Positions 9,248 to 19,429 of a DNA stretch of 64,000 bases are shown here, piece by piece; position 1 is the stretch's first letter; each line of letters opens with the position of its first letter. The stretch is from Dehalococcoidia bacterium. GTDB lineage: Bacteria > Chloroflexota > Dehalococcoidia > SpSt-223. The position numbers and the translations under genes are program-made. The stretch is from the NCBI GenBank assembly GCA_025054935.1, contig JANWZD010000002.1, positions 338,131 through 402,130 on the forward strand. The letters run 5' to 3'. The notes under the pieces are model-generated. The model was not told the origin of the DNA, searched no databases, and saw nothing but the letters and a program-made list of their open reading frames with translations.

Positions 9248-9476
9248 GAATACCTCCACGCTCTGACGGCGGGGCGAGCCCGCTGATCCTCTGCCTCGGC
9301 CCCCTGACCGGAATTCCCTCGCTCGCGCCCTCTCAGCACGAGTGTTTCGTATCCGGTTCGCGGGCGTCCCGAAGCCGTGCGAAGGATAGTCCGCAGTCCC
9401 AGATGAATCCTAGTGGTTTTTCCACGAACTTTTCCCCAAGCTCTCCCCGGATTCTCCGGAGTTTTCCGGGAGGGGC

Positions 9477-12400
9477 CTAGCTGACGGGAACTGTTCGGGC
9501 GCGGTAGTCAGGGAGCGGCAAAACGGTGCAGGTCCACTCATTGGCGGCGAGCGCTTCGACCGCAGCACGGACGGTGTCGAGAGAGGTGAAGCAGGGAATG
9601 CGGCGCTCCGCGGCGGCGCGGCGGATCTCGAACCCGTCGCGCAAGGGGGTAGGACGCCCCGTCACCGTGTTGATCACTCCGTGGACGGTCCCGTCGCGGA
9701 TGACATCAACGCAGTTCGGGTGGCCCTCGGAGAGCTTCTTGGGGACCTCGACGACAGGAATATTGAGCGCGCGCAGCAGTTCGGCGGTGCCTTCCGTCGC
9801 GAAGAAGCGGCAGCCAGCGGCAGCGAGCTGACGGATGAGCGGCACAGCGTCCGGCTTATCGCGGTCGGCGATGGAGAGCAGGAGAGCGCTTCCTGGGGTG
9901 ATGCGCAGTCCTGCCGCAATCACCGTCTTGACGAGCGCAGCCGCCAAGGTGCGGTCGATGCCCATCACTTCGCCCGTGGACTTCATTTCGGGGCCGAGGA
10001 AGGTGTCGACACCCGCGAGCTTCGACATCGAGAAGACCGGCGCTTTGATCGCGACGAGCGGCTGCACGGGCCACAAGCCGCCGCGGTATCCCTGCTCTGC
10101 CAGTGTTCGCCCGAGCATGATCTCGGTCGCCAGTTTGACGATCGGCACGCCCGTCGCCTTGGCGAGGTAGGGCACGGTGCGGCTGGCGCGCGGGTTCACT
10201 TCCAGCACATACACTTGGCCGGGCGCGCCGTCTGTCCAGCCCTCGGGACGGACGACGACGAACTGCGCGTTCATCAGTCCCCGCACGCCGAGACCGAGCG
10301 CGATCTTCGTGCTGTACTCAACGATGCGCTCGATCTCTTCCGGATGGAGATGAGGCGGCGGGTAGATCGCCATCGAATCGCCGCTATGCACCCCCGCCCG
10401 CTCGATATGCTCCATCACGCCGGGGATCAGCACCTCAACGCCATCGCAGATGGCGTCGATTTCGACTTCCTTGCCCTCCAGATATTTGTCGATCAGGACC
10501 GGGTGCGACCCCGACTGCTCGAACGCCGGTCCGAGACGGCGCACCAGTTCGCTCGGGGTCTGGACGATCTCCATCGCTCGTCCTCCCAGCACATAGCTTG
10601 GCCGGATGAGGACGGGATAGCCGATCGTCTGGGCGACGTCGAGCGCCTGCTCGACCGAGCGCACAGCAGCTCCCGGCGGCTGGGGGATCCCAAGCGCGCT
10701 CAGAAACTCCTCGAAGCGGCGCCGATCTTCGGCGAGGTCGATCGCTTCGGCGCTCGAGCCGAGCAGCGGAACCCCCGCGCGGTGAAGCGGCCCCGCGAGA
10801 TTGATCGCCGTCTGCCCGCCAAACTGGACAATCGCCGGGATCGGCTGGTCGGGGCTGCCCTCGTTCTCGAGTACATCGCGCACCGCTTCCTCGTCGAGCG
10901 GCTCGAAGTAGAGGCGGTCGGACGTGTCGAAGTCGGTAGAGACTGTCTCAGGGTTCGAGTTGATCATGACGCTGCGGTAGCCCGCTTCGCGCAGTGCCCA
11001 GGCCGAGTGGACCGAGCAGTAATCGAACTCAATTCCCTGCCCAATCCGGATCGGGCCGCTGCCGATGACCGCGGCCGCCGGCCCGGGCTCGGGAAGCGCC
11101 TCGTTCTCGTCGTCGATCGCGCTGTAGAAGTAAGGAGTGGCGGCCTCGAATTCGGCCGCGCAGGTGTCGACCATCTTATACACCGGGCGGATCCCCCACT
11201 GGCGGCGCAGGGCGCGCACCTGTTCGGGGTGCTGGACATCCGCCAGTGCGGCGATCTGGCTGTCGCTCATGCCGGCGGCCTTCGCCTCGCGCAGCAGCGA
11301 CGACGACAGCGGCTCAGCGAGCAACCGTTGCTCGAGCTGGACGAGCCGCCGCAGTTTGGCGAGAAACCACGGGTCGATCTTGGTCGCGGCGAACAGCTCT
11401 TCGATCGTGTGCCCGCGCCGGAGCGCCGCCATCACGGCCCACAGCCGCAAGTCATTCGGGTAGAGGGGAAATGCCGCCAGCGGATAGCCGCCGCTCGCTT
11501 GGAGGCGGCGATACTCTGCCGCCCACGCCGGGTCCTCCCATTGGAGTGTCCGCCCGCCGAATTCGAGAGAGCGCACCGCCTTGTTCAGCGCCGCCTCGAA
11601 CGACCGCCCAATCGCCATCACCTCGCCCGTCGCCTTCATCTGCGTGCCGATCACCCGGTCGCCCGAGGCGAACTTGTCGAACGGCCAGCGCGGAATTTTG
11701 ACGACGCAGTAGTCCAAGGCCGGCTCGAAGGCCGCCGTCGTCTTGCGCGTCACCGCGTTCGGGATCTCATCGAGACGCTTGCCGATCGCGATCTTGGCGG
11801 AGACGCGAGCGATGGGATAGCCCGTCGCTTTGCTCGCCAGCGCCGATGAGCGGCTGACGCGAGGGTTGACCTCGATGACGTAATAGTCCGGCAAAGGGGC
11901 CGCGTCTGGCGCAGGACCGCTCGTTCGGGGAGCGGGAGGCTCGCCGACGGGGCGCACCCACGCCGACTCGCGCGGCCGCAGCGCAAACTGGATGTTGCAT
12001 CCCCCTTCGATCCCCAGCGCCCGGATGATTTTTAGGCTTGCGCTCCGGAGCATTTGATGCTCTTTGTCGGTCAGGGTTTGGCTTGGGGCAACGACAATGG
12101 AGTCGCCGGTGTGCACCCCCATCGGGTCGAGGTTCTCCATGTTGCAGACGATGATGCAGGTGTCGGCTCCGTCGCGCATCACCTCGTATTCGAGCTCTTT
12201 CCAGCCGAGCAAGCTGGTTTCGACCAGCACCTGATGAATGGGGCTCGCCGCGAGGCCGCCTTTAACAATCCGCTCGAACTCCTCCGGCGTTGTCGCGATC
12301 CCGCCTCCGGTGCCTCCGAGCGTAAAGGCGGGGCGGATGATGAGCGGCAGCGGGTGCTCGGCCGCAAACGCGGCGGCTTCCTCCCAACTGGTGCAGGTAC

Positions 12401-12830
12401 GGCTCGCCGGAACCGGCTCTCCAATCGACCGGAGGAGGTCTTTGAACAGCTGACGATCTTCGGCGGCTTTGATCGCTGAGAGCGGCGTGCCGAGAATGCG
12501 CACGCCGTAGCGGTCGAGGATGCCGCGCTCGGCCAGTTCGACCGCCAGATTAAGCCCCGTTTGGCCGCCAAGCGAGGGCAGGAGGCCGTCTGGCCGCTCC
12601 CGAGCGATGATCCGCTCGAGAAAGTCGGCCGTCAGCGGCTCGATGTACACGATATCGGCGACATCCTCGTCAGTCATGATCGTCGCCGGGTTCGAATTGA
12701 CGAGGACGGTCTCTATTCCCTCTTCTCGCAGCGCCCGGCACGCCTGAGTGCCGGCATAGTCGAATTCGGCAGCCTGTCCGATCACGATCGGGCCTGAGCC
12801 AATGACAAGCACTTTTCGTGGTGGGGTCAT
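9477..12830 (-). CDS. carB: carbamoyl-phosphate synthase large subunit
   Basis: 1117-aa ORF with duplicated ATP-grasp halves ([24 protein letters not shown] and [24 protein letters not shown]) and an MGS-like C-terminus. Confidence 0.97.
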   Translation of the reverse strand: MTPPRKVLVIGSGPIVIGQAAEFDYAGTQACRALREEGIETVLVNSNPATIMTDEDVADIVYIEPLTADFLERIIARERPDGLLPSLGGQTGLNLAVELAERGILDRYGVRILGTPLSAIKAAEDRQLFKDLLRSIGEPVPASRTCTSWEEAAAFAAEHPLPLIIRPAFTLGGTGGGIATTPEEFERIVKGGLAASPIHQVLVETSLLGWKELEYEVMRDGADTCIIVCNMENLDPMGVHTGDSIVVAPSQTLTDKEHQMLRSASLKIIRALGIEGGCNIQFALRPRESAWVRPVGEPPAPRTSGPAPDAAPLPDYYVIEVNPRVSRSSALASKATGYPIARVSAKIAIGKRLDEIPNAVTRKTTAAFEPALDYCVVKIPRWPFDKFASGDRVIGTQMKATGEVMAIGRSFEAALNKAVRSLEFGGRTLQWEDPAWAAEYRRLQASGGYPLAAFPLYPNDLRLWAVMAALRRGHTIEELFAATKIDPWFLAKLRRLVQLEQRLLAEPLSSSLLREAKAAGMSDSQIAALADVQHPEQVRALRRQWGIRPVYKMVDTCAAEFEAATPYFYSAIDDENEALPEPGPAAAVIGSGPIRIGQGIEFDYCSVHSAWALREAGYRSVMINSNPETVSTDFDTSDRLYFEPLDEEAVRDVLENEGSPDQPIPAIVQFGGQTAINLAGPLHRAGVPLLGSSAEAIDLAEDRRRFEEFLSALGIPQPPGAAVRSVEQALDVAQTIGYPVLIRPSYVLGGRAMEIVQTPSELVRRLGPAFEQSGSHPVLIDKYLEGKEVEIDAICDGVEVLIPGVMEHIERAGVHSGDSMAIYPPPHLHPEEIERIVEYSTKIALGLGVRGLMNAQFVVVRPEGWTDGAPGQVYVLEVNPRASRTVPYLAKATGVPIVKLATEIMLGRTLAEQGYRGGLWPVQPLVAIKAPVFSMSKLAGVDTFLGPEMKSTGEVMGIDRTLAAALVKTVIAAGLRITPGSALLLSIADRDKPDAVPLIRQLAAAGCRFFATEGTAELLRALNIPVVEVPKKLSEGHPNCVDVIRDGTVHGVINTVTGRPTPLRDGFEIRRAAAERRIPCFTSLDTVRAAVEALAANEWTCTVLPLPDYRARTVPVS

Positions 12831-13915
12831 CGTTTCATCCCAACGAGCGCCAAGAAGCGGTCGAACGTCTCGCGGTTGTCCCAGGGTCCGGGCGACGCTT
12901 CGGCGTGATATTGGATCGAGATCACGGGCAGGTCGCGGTGCGTTAGCCCTTCCACGGTGTGGTCGTTGAGATTGATCTGGCTCACTTCCGCGCCGCCTCG
13001 GAGAGTGTCGGGGTCGACGGCGTACCCATGGTTTTGGGCAGTGATGGTCACCTTGCCCGTGATCAGGTCCTTCACCGGATGGTTTCCGCCGCGATGACCG
13101 AATTTCAGCTTGAACGTCTTCGCGCCAAGAGCGCGGGCAAGCATCTGATGGCCGAGGCAGATGCCGAAGATCGGCGCCCGTCCGAGGAGCGCCCGCACCT
13201 CGCGCACGATCGCATCCAGCTGGAGCGGGTCGCCCGGACCAGGCGAGAGCACAATGCCGTCCGGCTGCAGCGCGAGGATGTCCTCTGCAGAGGTCGCAGC
13301 GGGAACGACGGTAGTCCGACAGCCGCGAGCGCGGAGCAGACGCTCGATATTGAACTTGACCCCCAGATCAACAATGACGATGTGCGGCCCGCTGCGGTCG
13401 TTGCTGAAATACGGCGTCTCGGTCGTCACCAGCCGCACAAAATCCAGCGTGTCGTATCGCTGCGCCTGCTTCAGGCGCTCGAGCACCGTTCCTGCTCCTT
13501 CATCGACGGCGAGTGCGCCCATCATCACCCCGCGGCTGCGCAGCCGCCGCGTCAGCGCCCGCGTGTCGATCCCCGCAATCCCCGGCACGTTCTGCGCCGT
13601 CAGGTATTCCGAGAGCGTGGCGACGGCGCGGTCGTGGCTCGGCTCATCGCACGCTTCCCGCACCACGAACCCTGCCACTTGGATGCGGCGCGACTCGATA
13701 TCGTCGCGATTGACCCCGTAGTTCCCGATGAGGGGATAGGTCATCAGGACGATCTGCCCTGCGTAGGAAGGGTCGGTCAGGATCTCCTGATAGCCGAACA
13801 TCGAGGTGTTGAAGACGACCTCGCCGACAGCGCTTGTCGGCGCGCCGATACTGCGGCCGCGAAAGATCGTGCCGTCCTCCAAGACGAGGATGGCCGGAAC
13901 TGCGGTGTCAGCCAC
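12827..13915 (-). CDS. carA: carbamoyl-phosphate synthase small (glutaminase) subunit
   Basis: 362 aa. GATase motif GICLGHQML. 4-nt overlap with the carB start. Confidence 0.96.
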   Translation of the reverse strand: MADTAVPAILVLEDGTIFRGRSIGAPTSAVGEVVFNTSMFGYQEILTDPSYAGQIVLMTYPLIGNYGVNRDDIESRRIQVAGFVVREACDEPSHDRAVATLSEYLTAQNVPGIAGIDTRALTRRLRSRGVMMGALAVDEGAGTVLERLKQAQRYDTLDFVRLVTTETPYFSNDRSGPHIVIVDLGVKFNIERLLRARGCRTTVVPAATSAEDILALQPDGIVLSPGPGDPLQLDAIVREVRALLGRAPIFGICLGHQMLARALGAKTFKLKFGHRGGNHPVKDLITGKVTITAQNHGYAVDPDTLRGGAEVSQINLNDHTVEGLTHRDLPVISIQYHAEASPGPWDNRETFDRFLALVGMKR

Positions 13916-15251
13916 GATAGACCACCTTTCCGCCCACGATGGTCAGCACCACGCGGCCGGGCAGCGGAATGCCGTCGAGGGGGGAGTTCTTGCCTTTGGA
14001 GAGAAACTGCTCGGCGTCGACTGTCCACGGCAGCGCCGGATGGAACACGGTCAAATCGGCGGTGCCTCCGACCACGATCGTGCCCGGCGATGCCCGGCCG
14101 TTGAGATCGCCCAGCACGCGAAGCGGCCCGACGGTGAGCGCTTCGATCACGCGATGCAGCGACAGCGTGCCGCACTCGACCAAGGTGAGCACTGCGCCGA
14201 GGGCCGTCTCAAGTCCGGAAATGCCGAACGCGGCCTCGTCGTAGTCGCACAACTTGTCGACGGCGGCGTGCGGGGCATGGTCGGTTGCGATCGCGTCGAT
14301 CGTCCCGTCGGCGAGCCCCTCAATCAGCGCCTCGACGTCGTCACGCGTGCGCAGCGGGGGATTCACCTTCGTTCGCGTATCATACGCGGCGCGCCGCGCA
14401 AGCCGAGTGTGGCCGGTCGCCGGCCACCGCAGCCCCTCGCCGAGCAGCCATTCCTCGGTCATCGTCAGGTGGTGGGGCGTCACCTCGGCGGTGACCGAGA
14501 CCCCGCTCCGCTTCGCCTGCCGGATCAGGTCGACGCTGCGCGCCGTCGACACGTGAGCGATGTGCAGCCGACCCCCGGTCAGCGCCGCCAGTTCGAGGTC
14601 GCGCGCGAGGACGATCGTCTCTGCTGCCGCCGGCCAGCCCCTGAGGCCGAGCCGGGCGGCGACCGCACCTTCATTCGCGGGTGCGCCGCCGGTGAGCGTG
14701 AGATCTTCGCAGTGATCGATGACCGGCCGCCCCGTGATGCGGCTGTATTCGAGCGCATAGCGCATCAGCGCCGAGGTCGCGACCGGCCGGCCGTCGTCGG
14801 AAAACGCGACTGCGCCCGCCTCCGCCAGCTCGGCCAGCTCTGCAAGCTCCTTACCCGCTTGGCCTTTGGTCACCGCGCCGATCGGGAGAACGCGCACCGG
14901 CGACTCTGCTGCTGCCGTCCGCAGGACATACTCGACCACGCTCCGGGTGTCGATGACCGGGTCGGTGTTCGGCATGCAGCAGATGGTGGTGAAGCCGCCG
15001 GCCGCTGCCGCTCGGCCGCCGCTGGCGATGGTCTCTTTGTGAGTCTGGCCGGGGTCGCGGAGATGGCAGTGGAGGTCGATAAATCCGGGAGCGATGATCA
15101 GCCCGCGCGCATCGATCGTCTCTGCCCCCGCGCTGGGGCGCGCGGCGCCGAGCGCGGCAACGACGCCGTCGCGGATCAGCACGTCGGTCACCGTCTCGGT
15201 CCCGCTGGCGGGGTCGATTACCCGCCCTCCGGAGAGAAGGATCTCGCTCAT
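13908..15251 (-). CDS. pyrC: dihydroorotase
   Basis: 447 aa. Metal-binding motif FIDLHCHLRDPG. Located within the pyr operon. Confidence 0.93.
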   Translation of the reverse strand: MSEILLSGGRVIDPASGTETVTDVLIRDGVVAALGAARPSAGAETIDARGLIIAPGFIDLHCHLRDPGQTHKETIASGGRAAAAGGFTTICCMPNTDPVIDTRSVVEYVLRTAAAESPVRVLPIGAVTKGQAGKELAELAELAEAGAVAFSDDGRPVATSALMRYALEYSRITGRPVIDHCEDLTLTGGAPANEGAVAARLGLRGWPAAAETIVLARDLELAALTGGRLHIAHVSTARSVDLIRQAKRSGVSVTAEVTPHHLTMTEEWLLGEGLRWPATGHTRLARRAAYDTRTKVNPPLRTRDDVEALIEGLADGTIDAIATDHAPHAAVDKLCDYDEAAFGISGLETALGAVLTLVECGTLSLHRVIEALTVGPLRVLGDLNGRASPGTIVVGGTADLTVFHPALPWTVDAEQFLSKGKNSPLDGIPLPGRVVLTIVGGKVVYRG

Positions 15252-16258
15252 GCCCGCCTCGTCGCCGCCTCGGGCGTTCGGCTCGCCGGCGCGCCGCCGC
15301 TCAGGAGATGCAGCACAGCCATCCGAACCGCGACGCCGTTAGTCACTTGGTCTTCAATGGCCGAGCGCTGTCCGTGCGCAGTTGCGGTATCGATCTCCAC
15401 CCCCTCGTTCATCGGGCCGGGATGGAGCACGAGCACATCGGGCTGGGCGCGCGCCAGCCGCGCGTCGTTGATCTGGTAGAGCCGGCTGTATTCCCGAAGT
15501 GAGGGGAGCCGGCCGGCAGCCATGCGCTCGCGCTGGAGGCGGAGCGCCATCACGACCTCTGCGCCTTCGATGGCGCGGTCGAGATTGTGCTCGACGCGCA
15601 CCGGCGCGGGCAGCCCCGCGGGGAGAGCGGAGGGAAGCAGCGTCGGGGGGCCGCACACGGTGACGACCGCGCCCATCGTCGTCAGCCCCCACAAGTTCGA
15701 GCGCGCCACTCTGCTGTGCAGAATGTCCCCCACAATGACCACCCGCACGCCGTCAACTCTGCCGAAAGCATCGCGAATGGTGAGCAGGTCGAGGAGCGCT
15801 TGGGTGGGGTGCGCGTGCCAGCCGTCGCCCGCATTGATCACCGAGCCGCGCACATGAGCAGCCGCGAGATGGGCTGCCCCAGCGGCGGGATGGCGCAGAA
15901 CGATGATGTCGGCTCCCGCCGCATCGAGGGTGCGCACCGTGTTGACGAGCGATTCCCCTTTCTGCACCGAACTGCCGGCCGCGCTTACGTTGACGACATC
16001 GGCGTTCAGCCGCTTGCCCGCGATCTCGAAGGAGACGCGCGTCCGCGTGCTCTCCTCAAAGAAGAGGTTGACGATCGTCCGGCCGGTGAGCGCGGGGGTC
16101 TTCGGCGTCGCGCGCCGCAGGATTTCGCGCATCGCTTCGGCGGTGGCGAGATATGTCTCGATCTCGGCCCGGTCAAAATCGTCGAGGTCGAGGAGGTGCC
16201 GGCGCGGCCCCTCCGGAAGCGGACGCGGCGGCCACGGGAAGGGCGCAGGGGGGCTCAT
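15248..16258 (-). CDS. pyrB: aspartate carbamoyltransferase catalytic subunit
   Basis: 336 aa. Motifs [10 protein letters not shown] and [10 protein letters not shown]. 4-nt overlaps with neighbouring genes. Confidence 0.95.
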   Translation of the reverse strand: MSPPAPFPWPPRPLPEGPRRHLLDLDDFDRAEIETYLATAEAMREILRRATPKTPALTGRTIVNLFFEESTRTRVSFEIAGKRLNADVVNVSAAGSSVQKGESLVNTVRTLDAAGADIIVLRHPAAGAAHLAAAHVRGSVINAGDGWHAHPTQALLDLLTIRDAFGRVDGVRVVIVGDILHSRVARSNLWGLTTMGAVVTVCGPPTLLPSALPAGLPAPVRVEHNLDRAIEGAEVVMALRLQRERMAAGRLPSLREYSRLYQINDARLARAQPDVLVLHPGPMNEGVEIDTATAHGQRSAIEDQVTNGVAVRMAVLHLLSGGAPASRTPEAATRRA

Positions 16259-16800
16259 GGCATCCTCCGTTCGATCACGACTTCATCAACGCCGTCGATT
16301 TCAGTCAGGTGGACGCGAATTTGCTCATCGCGAGCAGTTGGAATGTTCTTGCCCACGTAGTCTGCACGGATAGGCAGCTCGCGGTGCCCGCGGTCGATCA
16401 GAACGGCGAGCTGGATCGCTCGCGGACGGCCATAGTCCATGAGCGCATCTAGCGCGGCGCGGGTGGTCCGCCCCGTGAACAGCACGTCGTCAACAAGGAC
16501 AACAACCCGGTTGCCGAGGTCGGGCAGCGCGCTCGGACCGATCACCGGACGGAGGGGGCGCTCTTTCAGGTCATCGCGATAGAGGGTGACATCGAGCTGG
16601 CCGGCGGGGACAGGATGGCCTTCTAGCCGCGCGATTTGGCTCGCTAACCGTTCAGCAAGGGGAACGCCGCGGGTATAGACGCCGACGAGGACAAGCGCGG
16701 CAGCGCCGCGGTTCCGCTCGAGAATTTCGTGGGCGATGCGGGTAAGTGCCCGCCGAATCTCTTCTGCCCCCAGCAGGACGCGCCGTTCGAGAACGCTCAT
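16255..16800 (-). CDS. pyrR: bifunctional pyrimidine operon regulator / uracil phosphoribosyltransferase PyrR
   Basis: 181 aa. PRTase motif [13 protein letters not shown]. First gene of the pyr operon. Confidence 0.93.
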   Translation of the reverse strand: MSVLERRVLLGAEEIRRALTRIAHEILERNRGAAALVLVGVYTRGVPLAERLASQIARLEGHPVPAGQLDVTLYRDDLKERPLRPVIGPSALPDLGNRVVVLVDDVLFTGRTTRAALDALMDYGRPRAIQLAVLIDRGHRELPIRADYVGKNIPTARDEQIRVHLTEIDGVDEVVIERRMP

Positions 16801-16881
16801 GGTTCTCCGCGCGGGGGAGCGAAAGACACCACGCGCTTTGCGGGGGAGGCTGAGACGCCCAGCACTGCTGCACGCTCCCTT

Positions 16882-16901
16882 ATCGGCCTCACAGGACCGA
16901 T
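16882..16901 (-). promoter_or_regulatory. candidate PyrR-binding RNA hairpin in the pyrR leader
   Basis: Minus strand reads AUCGG-UCCUGUGAGG-CCGAU. A 5-bp stem presents a loop close to the PyrR binding-loop consensus ARUCCAGAGAGGYU. It sits about 80 nt upstream of the pyrR ATG. Confidence 0.5.
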
Positions 16902-17011
16902 TTCAAGGAAGTCATTTGAAGTCTAGGGGGACCAGCTCGCCCGATGCAAGCCGTTTGCTGCTCAGCCGGTGGCCGTGATACAGTGACGTGATCGGAGGAT
17001 AGACAGAAAGC

Positions 17012-18085
17012 ATGGGAAAGCGCGTTTTGGTCGCCATGAGCGGCGGCGTCGATTCGTCGGTTACGGCGGCGCTCCTCCTGCGCGAGGGATACGACGTCGT
17101 CGGCGTGACCATGCGCCTCTGGACCAAAGAGCGTCCAGACGCCCCGCCTCATCATCGGGGCTGCTGCTCGATCGAGGAAACCGACGACGCTCGCCGTGTT
17201 GCCGGAATCCTCGGCTTCCCGTATTACGTGCTGAACTTCGAGCGGGAGTTCGAGCGGCGCGTTGTCGACTATTTTGTCGGCGAATATGCCCGCGGCCGAA
17301 CGCCAAATCCGTGCTTGGCGTGCAACCAGTTTCTCAAATTCGATGCCCTTCTCCGGCGCGCCGTTGCGCTCGGCTGCGACTACCTCGCCACCGGCCACTA
17401 TGCTCGGATTGAGCGCGGGCCGACACGCTACCATCTCCGCAAAGCGCTCGACCTGAGCAAGGACCAGTCGTACGTGCTCTACACGCTGGGCCAGACCGAA
17501 CTCGAGCGGCTGCTCTTCCCGCTGGGCCGCTTTACCAAGGCGCAGGTACGGGCACTCGCGGCAGCGCTTGGGCTCCCAGTTGCGGCAAAGCCTGACAGCC
17601 AAGAGATCTGCTTTCTCCAAGGGCAAGACTACCGAGCCTTCCTGCGCGAGCGGCTCGGCGACCAGCAGCCGGGCGACCTCGTCGATGAAGAGGGACGCGT
17701 TCTCGGGCGTCACCAAGGTGCAGCAGGGTTCACCGTTGGGCAGCGGCGAGGGCTCGGGCTCGCTCTCGCAGAACCGCGCTACGTGCTTGCCGTCGATGCC
17801 AGCGCGAACCGGGTCGTGGTTGGGCGGGAGGAGCGGCTGTACCGTCGCGTCCTCTGGGCGGGCGCTGTCCACTGGGTGGCGGGAGAGGCGCCCGCTGCCC
17901 CCGTCCGCGTTGCGGCGAAGGTGCGCTACCGCACCCCGGAAGCTCCGGCGACGGTCTTCCCGGAAGGAGCGAGGGCGCGGGTCGAGTTCGATCAGCCGCA
18001 GCGGGCAATCTCGCCCGGCCAAGCCGTAGTCTTTTACGATGGAGATGAGGTGATCGGAGGCGGAACGATCGAAGCAGTCGAATAG
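17012..18085 (+). CDS. mnmA: tRNA 2-thiouridine(34) synthase MnmA
   Basis: 357 aa. PP-loop VAMSGGVDSS and conserved CC/C residues. Confidence 0.94.
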   Translation: MGKRVLVAMSGGVDSSVTAALLLREGYDVVGVTMRLWTKERPDAPPHHRGCCSIEETDDARRVAGILGFPYYVLNFEREFERRVVDYFVGEYARGRTPNPCLACNQFLKFDALLRRAVALGCDYLATGHYARIERGPTRYHLRKALDLSKDQSYVLYTLGQTELERLLFPLGRFTKAQVRALAAALGLPVAAKPDSQEICFLQGQDYRAFLRERLGDQQPGDLVDEEGRVLGRHQGAAGFTVGQRRGLGLALAEPRYVLAVDASANRVVVGREERLYRRVLWAGAVHWVAGEAPAAPVRVAAKVRYRTPEAPATVFPEGARARVEFDQPQRAISPGQAVVFYDGDEVIGGGTIEAVE

Positions 18086-18119
18086 AAGTGGGGGCCGGGC
18101 AATCGAGCGTCTGACGCTG

Positions 18120-18128
18120 TGATATACT
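18120..18128 (+). promoter_or_regulatory. extended -10 promoter element (TGATATACT)
   Basis: TG-n-TATACT lies about 30 nt upstream of the TTG start at 18159, in an otherwise GC-rich spacer. Confidence 0.35.
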
Positions 18129-18158
18129 CGCGGCACCAGCCCACGGGAGGATCGCCGC

Positions 18159-18539
18159 TTGGAAACAGCGCGCGACGTATCGATCATCATTCTCGCGGTG
18201 TTTGCCATCATCCAAGCGATCGCCATCTCAGCGCTCGCGATTGTGACCCTCATCCTTGTCCGGACAATTCAACGGAAGATCGTGCCTGTCCTTGATCGCG
18301 TACCGCCGCTGATGGATCGTCTTACGCCGATCGTGGAGAGCATCCCGCCCATTATCGAGACGGCACAGCGCTCCGCCCATTCCCTCGAGCGAGCTGCTCG
18401 CCAAGTAGAGGTGACAGCGGCCTTCTCGAGTGAAAAAGCGGTCAAACCGGTCATCGCGATTGCGAGCTTCCTCGCGGGCGCGCGCGCCACGCTCAAAGCA
18501 ATCGTGGCTATTGTCACAGGAGGGCGAATCTATGGCTAA
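18159..18539 (+). CDS. DUF948-like small membrane protein
   Basis: 126 aa. N-terminal TM (IIILAVFAIIQAIAISALAIVTLILV) followed by a helical region. GGGAGG SD. The stop overlaps the start of the YtxH-like gene, a gene pair familiar from Firmicutes. Confidence 0.65.
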   Translation: METARDVSIIILAVFAIIQAIAISALAIVTLILVRTIQRKIVPVLDRVPPLMDRLTPIVESIPPIIETAQRSAHSLERAARQVEVTAAFSSEKAVKPVIAIASFLAGARATLKAIVAIVTGGRIYG

Positions 18540-19014
18540 GCAGCAGAACGGAACCTCAGGAGAGACCCCGAAAAAGAAGGGGCACCCCTTCCGCAACGGT
18601 TTTCTGCTCGGCACCGTGGTTGGTGTCGGGCTCGGCCTCCTCTACGCTCCTCGACCCGGCCGCAAGACGCGCGAGGCGCTCCGAGAGCGGATGGATCGCT
18701 TCCCCGAGGAATTCGACGAATTTCAGACCACGGTCCGCGAAGCGCTGATCGACCTGAACACCGTCTTCAAGAACTGGCGCGCTGCCAAGCAGCAGCAGCT
18801 GCGGGCGGCGTTCGGCCGCGGCCGTGAGGCGGCTGAGGCGGCGCGGGCCGATCTCCAGCGCGAATATGCTCAGCGCGTCGCGGGCGGGCCGCCGCCCGGG
18901 GTCGCCGGCGGACCGCCGCCCGGCGTTGCAGGCGGGCCTCCCGCTGGGGCGCCGACAGGGCGGCCTTCCGGCAATGGCGCAGAGGGAGAGAGCCGCAACG
19001 GCGCCAGTTCCTGA
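18532..19014 (+). CDS. YtxH domain-containing protein
   Basis: ATG at 18532 with an AGGAGGG SD. YtxH signature GFLLGTVVGVGLGLLYAPRPGRKTRE. C-terminal AGGPPPGV x3 repeat. Confidence 0.8.
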   Translation: MAKQQNGTSGETPKKKGHPFRNGFLLGTVVGVGLGLLYAPRPGRKTREALRERMDRFPEEFDEFQTTVREALIDLNTVFKNWRAAKQQQLRAAFGRGREAAEAARADLQREYAQRVAGGPPPGVAGGPPPGVAGGPPAGAPTGRPSGNGAEGESRNGASS

Positions 19015-19021
19015 AAGGCAC

Positions 19022-19047
19022 GATGCCCCGCCTCAAGGCGGGGCATC
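19022..19047. terminator. bidirectional stem-loop between ytxH-like gene and tRNA-Ser
   Basis: GATGCCCCGCC-TCAA-GGCGGGGCATC, a perfect 11-bp stem, 8 nt after the ytxH-like stop and 21 nt beyond the tRNA 3' end. Confidence 0.6.
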
Positions 19048-19068
19048 AGGATTCATGCTCCAAAGCGG

Positions 19069-19155
19069 CGGAGAGGGAGGGATTCGAACCCTCGAGGGCT
19101 TTCGCCCTACGCGATTTCCAGTCGCGCGCTCTAGACCAGACTAAGCGACCTCTCC
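19069..19155 (-). tRNA. tRNA-Ser (anticodon GGA), CCA not encoded
   Basis: Folded by hand. Acceptor GGAGAGG/CCTCTCC. Anticodon stem CGCGA/TCGCG with loop CTGGAAA. Long variable arm GGGC-GAAA-GCCC. T-arm GAGGG-TTCGAAT-CCCTC. The 3' flank is GCCG. Confidence 0.9.
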
Positions 19156-19176
19156 ACAAACAGAGACGGGGCAAGA

Positions 19177-19263
19177 TGGCGGAGAGAGTGGGATTCGAAC
19201 CCACGAGGCTCAGCGCCTACTCGTTTTCGAGACGAGCTCCTTCAGCCACTCGGACATCTCTCC
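19177..19263 (-). tRNA. tRNA-Ser (anticodon CGA), CCA encoded
   Basis: Acceptor GGAGAGA/TCTCTCC. Anticodon stem CTCGT/ACGAG with loop CTCGAAA. Long variable arm. T-arm GTGGG-TTCGAAT-CCCAC. 3' end is GCCA. Confidence 0.9.
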
Positions 19264-19429
19264 GCGCCAATTATAGCCGCTCGGCTGCGGTCGGTGCCCC
19301 AGCGTCGCGGCTCGAGAGCGCTTTCTCCCCCTTGCTGTGGCAAGCGCTCTCTGCCCACCGAGGCGGGAGGCCAACGGCAGCGCGCCCAGCACGGCGAGGA
19401 AGAGGCCCACTCACAGCAGCGACGCCGCC

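Noticed and set aside
9260-9476. Possible guanidine-I (ykkC) or TPP riboswitch in the spacer after carB.
   Set aside because: Only short fragments match (CUAGGAUUC, GGGACUG, CACGG, CUGAGAGGG). The invariant GGUCCGAGAG (ykkC) and ACCUGAUC (TPP) elements are absent, and the downstream gene does not fit either regulon.
9681-11849. 722-aa plus-strand ORF opposite carB. Similar long antisense ORFs include 13806-15479, 28494-30248 (minus), 39289-41313 (minus), 55301-57079 (minus), 20870-22129 (minus) and 23040-24650 (minus).
   Set aside because: They lie antisense to genes with unmistakable conserved products. Their translations are Arg/Ala/Gly/Pro-rich with no motifs. These are classic shadow ORFs of GC-rich DNA.
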